From Mytilus edulis (Eukaryota), in the NCBI RefSeq assembly GCF_963676685.1, contig NC_092348.1, positions 13,268,001-13,332,000 on the forward strand: a stretch of DNA of 64,000 nucleotides. The letters run 5' to 3'. Made by a program: the position numbers and the translations under genes. Shown here one piece after another: positions 1-10,959 of the stretch (the first letter of the stretch is position 1; every line of letters starts with the position of its first letter). Under the pieces are notes generated by a model. It did no database searches. It worked only from the letters and a program-made list of their open reading frames with translations, and was not told the DNA's origin.

Positions 1-1015
1 GTTGTATTTGAAAATTAATGAAAATTTACTTCTGAACATTTTAAAATGCTTAAGATTAGAAAGTTTCAAATTGGGAAACCCACATTTATGGCATGCATGT
101 TGAATAATATGATACTATTAGGATTTTGTGTAATATACTATTAGGATTTTGTGTAATATTTTAATATTTCATGTAGTTTATTCTGTTTTATAGACTGAAG
201 TAAAGAAAAGAGAGAAAAGAAAAAGACTTTGGAAATCGTAAGTACTCGTAATATATAAAAAGTCAGGCTATTCAGATAATTTTCTACTACAAATGTACCA
301 GTAATTTAATAGTCTGAAAGCCAATGGTCTCATGAAGCTACATTCTATTGTAAAACAAATTTAAGACATGAAACCTGTCATTTGAGTTGGTTTTAGCCGT
401 CTTACTGCACAGTTTACCATATCACAAGTCTGCCCTCTTCCTGTTAATTCAGTGTTAAGGTCTAGGTCATACTAGTAGGTCTAATGTACTGCATACATTA
501 GAATGTCAGTTTGTCAATGCCCATGTCCTGTAATTATGCAGGGTCTGGTTTTTCTCTTGACTATTTGTGTCATCTGCACACTGGATCCATTGGATGTTGG
601 ACGTGTGCTGATTGATGGTTTGGTCTTGGATGCATGTTTTTCTGTTAGTTGTTGGCTATTGGCTGGCTGTTGGTGGCTTCCAGTGCTCTGGGATTGTGCT
701 TGGTGTCTTTGGTTGTTTGGGTGTGCAAGTCCCTTGCAACGCTCTGTGTGTTATCATTTGTTATCATTTTGGTTATTTAAAGATTTCTCTTGTAACAAAT
801 GTCCCTTTGGAAGAACAATATTTTTGATCAATTACTTAGTTTACAATTGACAAAAGCTAGGTTAAATAACAACTTATTTTTCCTAACGTGTTACAATATC
901 CTGAAAAATCTATAAGAAAAGCTAATTTTGCTAACCAGAAATTATAAAATTATATGGCGTTTTAATATGTTCCTGCATGAACACTATGACACACAAACAA
1001 TCAAAGCTGCACTGC

Positions 1016-2348
1016 TTTTTATAGGACCGCAAAAATTGAAAATTTTTTGGTCGTATATTGGTATCACTTTGGCGTCGTTGTCTGCGTCGGCGGCGGCGTC
1101 GTCGTTGTCCAAATACTTTAAATTTTCGCACTATAACTTTAGTTTAAGTAAATAGAAATCTATGAAATTTTGACACAAGGTTTATGATCATAAAAGGAAG
1201 GTTGGGTTCGATTTTGGGAGTTTTGGTCCCAACAGTTTAGGAATAAGGGGCCCAAAGAGTCCAAAATTGAACTTTGTTTGATTTCATCAAAAATTGAATA
1301 ATTGAGGTTCTTTGATATGCCGAATCTAACTGTGTATGTAGATTCTTAATTTTTGGTTCCGTTTTCAAATTGGTCTACATTAAAGTCCAAAGGGTCCAAA
1401 ATTAAACTAAGTTTGATTTTAACAAAAATTGAATTCTTGGGCTTTTTTGATATGCTGAATCTAAACATGTACTTAGATTTTTGATTATGGGCCCAGTTTT
1501 CAAGTTGGTTCAAATCAGAATCCAAAATTATTATATTAAGTATTGTGCAATAGCAAGAAATTTTCAATTGCACAGTATTCAGCAATAGCAAGAAATCTTC
1601 AGTTGCACAGTATTGTGCAATAGCAAGAAATTTTCAATTGCACAGTATTGTGCAATTGCAAGAAATCTTCAATTGCACAGTATTGTGCAATATCAAATAT
1701 TTTCAATTGCACAGTATTGTGCAATAGCAAGAAATATCTAATTGCACAATATTGTGCAATAGCAAGACATTTTCAATTGGAGTTATCTTTCTTTGTCCAG
1801 AATAGTAGTTGAGTCAACTTAAATCATTGTTTTATACAATATACAATGTATATTCACTTTTACTACCAACTGATAAATTACAACAATTTTTACCATTCAG
1901 TGATAAAAAAAATAAGCACTTTATTTTACATTTTAATATTTTATGATGTATTTAAATGAGTAGTTATTGTTGCAAACTCCATTAGAAATTTGAATTGAGA
2001 TCAGTTTTGGAAAAAGGGAAAGGGGGATGTGAAAAAAAATGGGGGGAAGGGGGGGGGGTTAAATTTTTCTCATTTCAGATTTCATAAATAAAAAGAAAAT
2101 TTCTTCAAACATTTTTTTGAGAGGATTAATATTCAATAGTATAGTGAATTGCTCAAAGGCAAAAAAAATATTTTAAGTTCATTAGACCACATTCATTCTG
2201 TGTCAGAAACCTATGCTGTGTCAACTATTTAATCATAATCCAAATTTAGAGCTGAATCCAGCTTGAATGTTGTGTCCATACTTGCCCCAACCATTCAGGG
2301 TTCAACCTCTGCGGTCGTATAAAGCTGTGCCCTGCAGAGCATCTGGTT
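1016..2348 (+). mobile_element. Non-autonomous Helentron-type element (HINE / DINE-1-like) with internal minisatellite
   Basis: Starts TTTTTATAGGACCGCA with a nearby partial inverted copy (TGGTCGTATA) and a (GCG/GTC)-type microsatellite at about 1070-1110. Ends with the subterminal inverted repeat TGCGGTCGTATAAA (2310-2323), a short GC hairpin and TT. This is the typical HINE architecture. Confidence 0.7.
1541..1780. repeat. ~35-bp palindromic minisatellite, about 7 copies
   Basis: Unit TATTGTGCAATAGCAAGAAATTTTCAATTGCACAG. Unit junctions are palindromic, with a perfect ATTGCACAATATTGTGCAAT at 1741-1760. Confidence 0.9.
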
Positions 2349-4203
2349 ATAATATATATAATTATAGAAGAAAAGGCTAAAGCCCATGTGGGATTTTTTT
2401 CGTTTTCTAAGGGAAAGCTTAGAGTAATCCTACTGAAATTTGAACTTTACATGTAATTATATATAATTTATTTCTAATACACCTATAAATGGAATAAATG
2501 CTAAATTAAAAGGATCAAAATAAAACAATCGTGAGTAAAACCATTTGTTTCAGTCTAATTGACATATAAGTCAGTATACTTGCTTAGGTTCAAAACCTCT
2601 TTTATTATTTATAGTAAGTTATCCTAAAATGGGAAGCAATTACTCAATGGCCTTAAGCTTACAGAGAACAAAAGATACAAGAAAAATTTGCCTGAGGAAT
2701 GGGGAAATATTGTATGGTTTTGTTTGTCCTATATTTCGGGAGGTCAGTCGGGAAACATATGGCAAGGCCTGACTCATAGATATATGTTTTGTTGTTGGTT
2801 TAATGTAATAAACATTGGATATATTGACGTAGAAACGAAATGTTACATGTATTTTTGTGACACATGTGCCAGATCAATCTTAGAATCAATGTTCGGCTTT
2901 GTTTAAAGTGACCACATATGGCTTCATTACTTCAATCAAAACTCTCATATTAAGTGATTGTTAGGGAGGGCTTGACTAGGGTAATTTTGTAAAAAATAAT
3001 ATTACATATTCATTGATGGCTTTCTTCTTTATGTATGATTGATCCTAATAAATTTGTACCAAAAAAATGTATAGATATATATATATATACAGAGGAAGAC
3101 AAATTCAATTCTGAATTGAATATCATCACTTTACAATGATCATCCAAAATAAATGTTTTGATCTCCTTTCCCTTTTCTCCTACATGTATGCTAACTATAG
3201 GCTATTTCAAAGAAAGACTTATTTCATCAAAAAATCCTATGTTATCTATATTTGGTGTTATTTATATGTAGCTATTTGGATAAACATACATGAATGTCAG
3301 AATTCGTGATGGACACTGGTTTGATGGTCAAAACTTTTCCCCTTTACAAGACATTATGACTCTTTCTTGAACATTTGGAATATGACAGTTGTTTTCAATT
3401 CATTTGATGTGTTTCGGTTTTTGATTTGCTATTTGCTAAGGAACTTTTCATTTTGAATTTTTCGTGCGATTTGATATTTTTGTGTGTAATTATTATTGAC
3501 ACCCCTTTCGTCAGGCCTAAATTAAAATATTGTTTGTTTGCCCTTTTCCGACCCTATGTTTTGAAACAGGGTAGGTAGGTAGGTAAAATATTTTATTTTT
3601 TTCCCCAAAAAAATAACTTGGCTCGGTATATTATTTGTCATGGGTAGGCAGGTAGGTATAATATTTTATTTTATAGATACAAACTCTGCAAAATGTTATT
3701 TGTGTCCGTTTTGTTTTTGCAAATAAGTTTTCTGGGACTATTAGTTTAAAAAAAATATCACGTAGAATGTGAAGCTAATTCATATGCACTACTATTTTGT
3801 TTTCAAATATAAAAAAAATAGAGCTGTGCCGCATATCTTCAACACGTTTATATGCCTGGAACTTTGAAGAGTTTGGAAATCAGTTTGAACTTGCACTTTT
3901 ATTCTGTACTACGTACCTTGTATGCTTACCTTAAGATTTTCTGTAAAAGATAACTTTGTACTGATAAGATATATCCGGGCAGACATACATTACTAGTAGA
4001 AAAAGTCCCTAGAGTGTTAAAAACATCGTGTGTGCCTTTGTTTCCAATAAAAATGCCACAAGACTTTAAAAAACTCTGACAATTGTCACGTATTTTACAT
4101 CGCATTCATAAATGATCTGTATGGACAACTTGGCGATTTTACTGCCAGATATTCTCCACTTTACAGGGTTTTGTCACTTTTGGTTCATGTCAGATATAAA
4201 TAA

Positions 4204-4440
4204 TGTTGTGCCGATATGGTACAAATAAGTAAAGTGTGTATGTAATAAACAGAATACCTTTAATATCTGTAAATATCTGTATATCTGATGAATCAGTAGA
4301 CAGCAATATAATAATACATGTGGTTAATACAGTAAACGGAAGTCGAAGAGAATCCTCGTGACGTCAGTCGTCCAGAGGTATTGCTTGGCATACTGTAAGA
4401 TATGGACTGGTTCTTCTGTGTATACATAAGCGGCACCACA
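4204..4440 (-). repeat. 3' LTR (237 bp)
   Basis: TG...CA termini with an imperfect terminal IR (TGTTGTGCCG / CGGCACCACA). Identical by eye to 14003-14239. Contains CRE TGACGTCA (4359-4366), ETS CGGAAGT (4337-4343) and a minus-strand ATTAAA candidate polyA signal. Confidence 0.97.
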
Positions 4441-4452
4441 TCCGTCCCCTTC
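4441..4452 (-). other. Polypurine tract (PPT)
   Basis: Minus strand reads GAAGGGGACGGA immediately before the TG of the 3' LTR. Confidence 0.9.
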
Positions 4453-4739
4453 ATGTAGAATCAGTCACATATTTAAACTAAAAAATAAACCTAAAAACAA
4501 GATAAAATACAGCCAAGAATTTAACGCTAGTTCATAACTCTCTGATGTTGCGGGTAATAGTTAGAGATGCAAATTAAAACACTCTGTATAAAATATTCAG
4601 TTTCTGTATAAAATATTGAGTTGAAGAAACTCAAAGTCATCCATATATCAAAAGAAACGCATATACATATATCGGAACCGTCCTGGTACTGATAAAACTA
4701 TTTACATAATCCATCAAAAACTCTATTATTGAAAAATTG

Positions 4740-6515
4740 CTAACGAGGCCTAGGGCCCCAGCTAGCTGGCTCTTGTCTTAACTTTGGGATACCGTAGAAT
4801 CGGAGGGCATTATCATTAGCCATCCAGTTTAAAATGTTCAACGGAATGTTTCTGCGCTGACTCACTGCCAAAGCAACATCTATCAAGTTCCAGGGATGGT
4901 TCACCTCACAACATGACCTTGGCGAAAGAAACGGGGCATCGGACTCGAGGATTAACTGATGTGGTAAGATCCTTGAGATCGCATCACTGTTTGTGTTCGT
5001 GTCCTTTAGAAACTTGCCCGTGATTCCAAACACAACATTAGGAAGGCTTTGCCATTCTCTCAATTCCTCAATACTACCATCAAAGCAATGGCGATGATAG
5101 TGCAATTCAGCAAAACCACTGCGAATGATGGCCAATACACGGGCTGCAGCATCACCACTACCTTTATCACGACAGTGCAAGATGACAGGCAACTGTCGAC
5201 GTTGTGCGATCTGCAGCATCTCCAACAAGGCTTTTTCCTGACAGTCCCACATTCGCTGTTGACATTGCTGTGGAGTGTGACATCGCTTGCATCCACACCT
5301 GGATGTGAAGTCAAGGCCTATTTCGCCGACTGCTACGCACTTGTAGTTTCCCAACAGGTGGTCCAAGTCCTCAAGTTGCTTGTGACTTACTCCTTTGGCA
5401 GCAATATGGGGATGTATTCCGAATGATACATACACTGACTTTGCAGCTCCAACTTGTACTGACCAGCTGTCCCAATGTTCTGGGAATACATAGTTGGCAA
5501 TTCCGTAGTAAAAGGTGTTGTTATGCTCAGCCGGAGATATTCGTGAGCTCATATGTAAAAATGTGTTAAAATGTAGTCTCTTGAGGATTAAGTCTAAATG
5601 AAAATGACTGTCTACAAAGACAAATGGCTCTAGAAGTACTGGTACAGTGTCCACAATCCATGCACCCTCGTAAGTAACAAATTTATCACAGGATAACAGA
5701 GACTGTTGTTGAGCAGGTCCTACTCTGCGTAATAGGCTAGTCATAATCTCCCAGTTGGTCAGACTGATGACATGGTTGGGAGGGTTAGCACTGATGTGCG
5801 ACAGGCGGTCAGGACTATAGTTCTGTGCATAGAACACCAGTAGCTGTTGCTCTTGGTCACTGAAACCACTGGTGACGGTTTCATGTAATTGCCGGTCAAG
5901 TACATACTGTAACAAGCCTTCGAGATCTGTTAAGCCAAACCACGATTTAACAAGGTGAAGAGAGCCACTCACCAACTGGCACCACAAATGAAGGTGTTCT
6001 TCATCAAAGAAACAACCAATCCTATGTTCCTCTGTGTGTCTCCTGGCTAGAGAAGATGCCTGGATTTCCTGCTCACAGCAATCCCAACAGGCAGTAGCAC
6101 CCGACCAAAACCATGGAAGGTGTCTCTTGAGGACATGACGGCGTGTCTTTTCCCTTGACACCATCCCACATATTGGACACTGTCGTAATCTGTTTTTCGA
6201 GACTGCTACCGCACCGCTTCTCTCCTCATCGATCTCACTATGGTATATACCAATACTAGTATCTACACCAACACTGCTGTGTGTCTCAACAGGGCCTAAG
6301 GCCCCAGAAGCTACACCAGCAGTCTGGTAATCTGGACCTACTTCTTCAGCTGGACCTACTTCTTCATCTGGACATACGTCTTCATCTGGCCCTACTTCAT
6401 CTATAACCATTAGATCTGCCACGTCAAGATCGGTACAATCGGATTTACTTTCATGCCACTCGCTGTGTGGACTCAGTGACAACACATCTTGGTCTGAACG
6501 AGACCCCTCTTCCAT
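4740..6515 (-). CDS. tatD: ORF3: TatD-family metallo-nuclease with N-terminal acidic repeat and two C2H2-like zinc fingers (~591 aa from first ATG; ORF track extends it to 6536 with a non-ATG start)
   Basis: TatD motifs in order: FVDSHFHLD, GIHPH, AVGEIGLDF, LPVILHCR, HRHCF, ILESDAPFL, ending NALRFYG. The N-terminus has CPIC-x10-H-x4-H and CWDC...RRHTEEH. No stops or frameshifts, no introns. Confidence 0.92.
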   Translation of the reverse strand: MEEGSRSDQDVLSLSPHSEWHESKSDCTDLDVADLMVIDEVGPDEDVCPDEEVGPAEEVGPDYQTAGVASGALGPVETHSSVGVDTSIGIYHSEIDEERSGAVAVSKNRLRQCPICGMVSREKTRRHVLKRHLPWFWSGATACWDCCEQEIQASSLARRHTEEHRIGCFFDEEHLHLWCQLVSGSLHLVKSWFGLTDLEGLLQYVLDRQLHETVTSGFSDQEQQLLVFYAQNYSPDRLSHISANPPNHVISLTNWEIMTSLLRRVGPAQQQSLLSCDKFVTYEGAWIVDTVPVLLEPFVFVDSHFHLDLILKRLHFNTFLHMSSRISPAEHNNTFYYGIANYVFPEHWDSWSVQVGAAKSVYVSFGIHPHIAAKGVSHKQLEDLDHLLGNYKCVAVGEIGLDFTSRCGCKRCHTPQQCQQRMWDCQEKALLEMLQIAQRRQLPVILHCRDKGSGDAAARVLAIIRSGFAELHYHRHCFDGSIEELREWQSLPNVVFGITGKFLKDTNTNSDAISRILPHQLILESDAPFLSPRSCCEVNHPWNLIDVALAVSQRRNIPLNILNWMANDNALRFYGIPKLRQEPASWGPRPR

Positions 6516-6516
6516 C

Positions 6517-6555
6517 CTAGAATGAGAGGAAATCAAAACATAACATGATTAGAAA
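6517..6555 (-). promoter_or_regulatory. Putative splice acceptor for ORF3 subgenomic mRNA
   Basis: Minus strand reads TTTCTAATCATGTTATGTTTTGATTTCCTCTCATTCTAG|GATGGAAG: branch-like CTAAT (6548-6552), pyrimidine tract, AG, then G-ATG. Confidence 0.6.
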
Positions 6556-6652
6556 TACAATAGCGAAAATTATGCACATTTATTACTAAGTACGAACACG
6601 CAAAAATAAATATATACATATATACATATGAAATTATCCCACACAATATCTA

Positions 6653-9600
6653 TTACGTTTGGTATCGTAGTGGGCATCTGATTGGCCTACCATACCTTGA
6701 TGTGTGCTCAGAAGACAGAGAGGCCGAGGGCCTCTTCTCGTCATCTGTGCTGCTGAGTTCGGCATCTACAATGTCCCCATTGAAACCGTTATCTGAACTT
6801 GAAATTTCCCCCAGGTCTAAATTTTGAGGTTCATCAATGCTATTACTAGTAGCATCTAAAGCGGTAACTGTATCACACTGGGGCCCCTGTTCCAGTTCTT
6901 GTGTCAACGCAGTATGGGTATAGGACGGGTCACCTAATGACTGGGGTAAAACAACACTATCAAAAGTGGGCTGATTTGCTTCGAACATGCCCTGAACATT
7001 AAAGTCAACACCATAGGGTATTGTATCATCAAGATCATCCCAGCTCTCATCCATTTCACTTTCAGCTTGGAATAACGCATGCCTTAGTCTTTTGATCCAG
7101 GTCGGGATATCCCTGTCGTTACAAAGTTTCAACTTGTCATGGTGCACTACTGAGTCTCCCTTTCTTCCTCGGATAGTGTACAATGGGGGTCTACTAGACA
7201 CGACAAGAAACGGTCCACACCATGGTGATTTAAGCTTCCTGCTCTGCCCGACTTTTGTAGTTGAGTCTGCCTTGTACACCAAATCGCCTGGTTGATATTT
7301 ATGTTCAACAACTCTTAGGTCATAATCCCGCTTTTGTCTTAGTTGCGAGGTGTGAAGACTGTGCCTTGCAAATTCGTGAATCTTTTGCATCCTACCGACT
7401 AAATGTTTTACCCAAACGTTGGGGGTCATTCTGTTCTGACCGTACTGTGGCATGCCGAGGAGAAGATGAACAGGTTGGATAGTCTCTCTACCCAACATCA
7501 TTTGATTCGGCGTAAATCCAGTTTGCCTATTCACCATTGAGTGCATTGCCATAGATAAGAAAGGCAAGTCTCTGTCCCAGTTACGACAATTTTTCTCAAT
7601 AAAACATCTAATCATGGCCAATACAATGGTATTGTACCTCTCTACCTGGCCATTTGATGAGGGATGATACGGGGTTGTTCTGGTTTTGGCAATTTCCAAG
7701 GCATCACATAGTGTTTTAAATAAGTCACTGTCAAAGTTTCGTCCTTGGTCAGTGTGGATTTCCAAGGGACACCCAAATGTCACCACGAAATGCACAATAA
7801 ATTTCTCAGCAATCAACTTCGCTGTCTGTTCAGGTAATGCAGCCATCTCTACCCATTTTGTGAACTGATCCACCATCATCAAAACATAATTATTGCCGCT
7901 ATTACTTGTATTGAAAGGCCCGAGAATATCGAGATGTACTCTCTCCATCGGATACCCAGCGTGGAACTGCCCAAGTGGTGCTCTAGGTTGCACATGTGCC
8001 TTTTTATTTTGACTACAGGTGGCGCAAGTACTAACATAATCGTCACAATCTTTGCGCATGTTATACCACAGGAAAGCCTGCTTCAACTTATCAAGCGTTT
8101 TTTTCTGACCCAAGTGTCCTGATGTTTTGGTGTCATGACAATTTTTAAGCACTTCTCCTTTTAATTCTGATGGAACAACTAAACAAAGACCTTGGCGTGT
8201 TGGACAACCTATGAATTTGTAGTATAGAACATGGTTAAACATGACAAAGCAAGGTCTACACAACCAAAGCGACCTAGTTGCCCTACTTTGCAAACGTAGT
8301 TCAGCCTGTGTTGGCTCGACGTCTTCCTCCATCCATTTTAATATTGGAGCCAAATCAGGGTCTTCTTGCTGAAATATCTTTAACTGTTCAGGTGGGTATT
8401 CAGGTGCCCAGTTGCTACATGGGTTGCCATCAGTATATGGTAAAGTATCGTCTAAATTTGGTGATGGATCTGAGTGACAATCCCCTGCCAGAGCCGTGGG
8501 CTCTTGGTCAGTGGACATGTCCTTGTCATTTTCAGCGACTACTGAAACAGTGCGTACTGATGCTATCACTGACTTAGTAGCCAATGGAATCACGTCGTCT
8601 ACGTCATTTCCGAATCTGCTCCACTGTTCGTGAGCTCGTAGGCAATATTTACAACCATGACATGGCAGTGTTGTGGGATCAAATCCTGCCCGATAGCAAT
8701 CACATTCAGGAACATCGTCTGGGATGCGACTTAGACCATCAGCGTTACAATGCTTCTTTCCTGGACGATGGATGATCTCCATGTCAAATGATGACAATTC
8801 TTCCAACCATCGCGCTAGTTGTCCTTCAATATGCTTGAAACGCATCAGCCATACCAAACTGTTATGATCAGTGCGTAAAATAAAACGTCTACCAAGTAAG
8901 TAGTGACGGAAATGCCGACAAAACTTTACAACGGCCAGTAACTCTTTCCTTGTTGTACAATAACGACGCTGAGGCTTTAAGAGAACATGGCTTGCAAAGC
9001 ATATAACCCTTTCTTCACCATTTTGTAATTGTGATAAAACTGCACCTATGGTGGTGTCAGATGCATCGGTATCTAATATGAATTTATCATTGGCATTAGG
9101 ATATGTCAAGCAAGGTGCACTTATTAACGCCGTTTTTGACTGTTGGAACGCCTTTTCGTGACACTGTTGCCATTCAACTTCTCCTGTTTGGTGAGCAAGG
9201 TCGTATAGACATGCAGTCATTTCTGCATAGTTGTGCAGGTGATCCCGGTGGTAATTGACAAACCCTAGGTATGACATGAGTTCTTTCTTTGACTTGGGAG
9301 TTGGCCACTTTTTCACTGCTTCTATCTTAGAAGGAGAAACGGAGATGCCATTAGCACTCACCAGTTTTCCTAAAAACTCAACTTCGGGCTGAAACAGTTG
9401 GCATTTCTTCGGTTTCAGCTTCAGGGTATATTGTCTAAATCTTTCAAATGCAGCCCTCAAATTAATGAGACCATCCTCGAAGTTGCGACCGAGAACCACG
9501 ACATCATCAAGATAAACTAACACCTGTGTCCAAGTAAGTCCTCTTAAAACGAGTTGCATGGCCCGCTGAAATGTTGCTGGAGCGTTACAAAGGCCCATTC

Positions 9601-10876
9601 CCATTCTGGTGTGCTCGAACAACCCATATCTTGTAATGAATGCTGTTTTCTTTCGGTCTTCTGGCTCAAGCTCAATCTGATAATAGCCACTGGCAAGGTC
9701 CAATGTACAGAACGTGGTGGTGCCTTGGAGTGAGTCCAAGCAATCCTCAATAATAGGAATAGGGAAGCAATCTTTTATTGTTCTGTCATTTAAAGCTCTG
9801 TAGTCAATGCACCAGCGCACGGTTCCATCTTTCTTTCTTACCAGCACTGGAGCTGAGGCCCATTCAGAAGATGATGGCTCAATGACACCTGCTTGTAACA
9901 TCTTGTCAAGGTGTTGCTGTTCGAGATCTTGGAATCCAAGAGGTGTTCTTCGCATCCGGTGTTTAACTGGAGCGTGGTCTTTTGTATCTATTTTATGCCG
10001 GACAGCTGTAAGGCAACCGAGATCTAGGTCGTGCTGTGCAAATACATCCTGGTATTCGATTAATAACTTCTTGAGTTTTAACTTATCTTCTTGACTAATC
10101 ACATGCTTTATAGAACGTTCATACAGGTCTGTTAAATGGGATGGCAACGTAGACGATTCTTCTTGGTTTAAACCTGGTGCCATGGGCACCTTGGTTTGTG
10201 TTTCTACGATGCCACGACGGACATCTGGAGTTCGATTTTCACTTTCTTCCGAAGTCTCCTCCATTATACTGTCAATCTCTTCTAAATGACCTATCGGTGT
10301 ACCCTTTTTAATACGTATGTAACGATTCCCATCAATTAAAATAGCTACAGGGCAAGATTTGCCTTTTCCGACAACATGCGAAACTAAAACTCCACTGGCA
10401 AGAGAGCATGGCTCCAAAATAAACTCTTGTTCAGATCCTCTGTGTGTATCAATGCTAAGGATCATTTTTGAATTTGGCGGGACTGTGATTGTACGCTTAA
10501 TGCAGACTTGTTGAGAAGCACTATCATCAGATCCAGTAACGAATGATGCGGGTATAACTCTGTTGTTAACTGTAATTGATGGAGTGCTGAGGTTTATGAC
10601 TGCACCAAGCGTATCCAGGATATCTAGACCTAGAATGACATCATCTGTAAGTGGTGCCCTGCACACGTCCCATCTTATTTCTAACCCATCTATATTCAGG
10701 AGTGTGTTCCTAATGATCTTGCCAATGACCAGTTGCTCGCCCAAACCACGTAGCGTCACTGTTTCGGAACATTCTATATTCTCCGGTATTAATTTCTCGT
10801 TGACGAGTGTAATCATAGCTGCTGTATCAACAATCATACTTGCATTTTGTTGAAACACTGTTCCCCTAACTGCCAA
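6653..10876 (-). CDS. pol: Pol polyprotein (protease, reverse transcriptase, RNase H, integrase with GPF motif); frame is open up to 11020 and is entered by -1 frameshift
   Basis: PR: IVDTAAMITL and ILGLDIL. RT: WASAPVLVRKKDG..CIDYRALN and YLDD. RH: FILDTDAS, TRKELLAVV, TDHNSL, NADGLSR. IN: H-x6-H...CATC, HLDILGP, HTDQG, GQVERYN, WCGPF. No chromodomain seen; acidic C-terminal tail. Confidence 0.97.
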   Translation of the reverse strand: MAVRGTVFQQNASMIVDTAAMITLVNEKLIPENIECSETVTLRGLGEQLVIGKIIRNTLLNIDGLEIRWDVCRAPLTDDVILGLDILDTLGAVINLSTPSITVNNRVIPASFVTGSDDSASQQVCIKRTITVPPNSKMILSIDTHRGSEQEFILEPCSLASGVLVSHVVGKGKSCPVAILIDGNRYIRIKKGTPIGHLEEIDSIMEETSEESENRTPDVRRGIVETQTKVPMAPGLNQEESSTLPSHLTDLYERSIKHVISQEDKLKLKKLLIEYQDVFAQHDLDLGCLTAVRHKIDTKDHAPVKHRMRRTPLGFQDLEQQHLDKMLQAGVIEPSSSEWASAPVLVRKKDGTVRWCIDYRALNDRTIKDCFPIPIIEDCLDSLQGTTTFCTLDLASGYYQIELEPEDRKKTAFITRYGLFEHTRMGMGLCNAPATFQRAMQLVLRGLTWTQVLVYLDDVVVLGRNFEDGLINLRAAFERFRQYTLKLKPKKCQLFQPEVEFLGKLVSANGISVSPSKIEAVKKWPTPKSKKELMSYLGFVNYHRDHLHNYAEMTACLYDLAHQTGEVEWQQCHEKAFQQSKTALISAPCLTYPNANDKFILDTDASDTTIGAVLSQLQNGEERVICFASHVLLKPQRRYCTTRKELLAVVKFCRHFRHYLLGRRFILRTDHNSLVWLMRFKHIEGQLARWLEELSSFDMEIIHRPGKKHCNADGLSRIPDDVPECDCYRAGFDPTTLPCHGCKYCLRAHEQWSRFGNDVDDVIPLATKSVIASVRTVSVVAENDKDMSTDQEPTALAGDCHSDPSPNLDDTLPYTDGNPCSNWAPEYPPEQLKIFQQEDPDLAPILKWMEEDVEPTQAELRLQSRATRSLWLCRPCFVMFNHVLYYKFIGCPTRQGLCLVVPSELKGEVLKNCHDTKTSGHLGQKKTLDKLKQAFLWYNMRKDCDDYVSTCATCSQNKKAHVQPRAPLGQFHAGYPMERVHLDILGPFNTSNSGNNYVLMMVDQFTKWVEMAALPEQTAKLIAEKFIVHFVVTFGCPLEIHTDQGRNFDSDLFKTLCDALEIAKTRTTPYHPSSNGQVERYNTIVLAMIRCFIEKNCRNWDRDLPFLSMAMHSMVNRQTGFTPNQMMLGRETIQPVHLLLGMPQYGQNRMTPNVWVKHLVGRMQKIHEFARHSLHTSQLRQKRDYDLRVVEHKYQPGDLVYKADSTTKVGQSRKLKSPWCGPFLVVSSRPPLYTIRGRKGDSVVHHDKLKLCNDRDIPTWIKRLRHALFQAESEMDESWDDLDDTIPYGVDFNVQGMFEANQPTFDSVVLPQSLGDPSYTHTALTQELEQGPQCDTVTALDATSNSIDEPQNLDLGEISSSDNGFNGDIVDAELSSTDDEKRPSASLSSEHTSRYGRPIRCPLRYQT

Positions 10877-10959
10877 ACTTTTCCCAATCGTACGTCTTAT
10901 AACAATATCAGACGAAGCCGTGGGCCTCGGTTCTGATTTGTCGGGTGGTATTTTCCCTT

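Noticed and set aside
503-850. 115-aa Cys/Trp-rich plus-strand ORF and its Q/S/T-rich antisense frame
   Set aside because: No recognisable domain. The composition follows from TG-rich low complexity, and the antisense frame is cut by TGA-TAA and lacks convincing splice context.
931-1131. Poly-Arg ORF resembling a protamine
   Set aside because: It is a translation of the microsatellite in the Helentron-type element.
1541-1780. CRISPR-like appearance of the 35-bp palindromic repeats (also 18005-18660 and 58034-58340)
   Set aside because: The units are directly adjacent with no unique spacers, there are no cas genes, and the context is eukaryotic.
4740-6536. ORF3 as an env gene, or as a host/bacterial tatD contaminant
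   Set aside because: No signal peptide, furin site with fusion peptide, or TM anchor is evident. It lies within LTRs and a TSD in clearly animal repeat-rich DNA.
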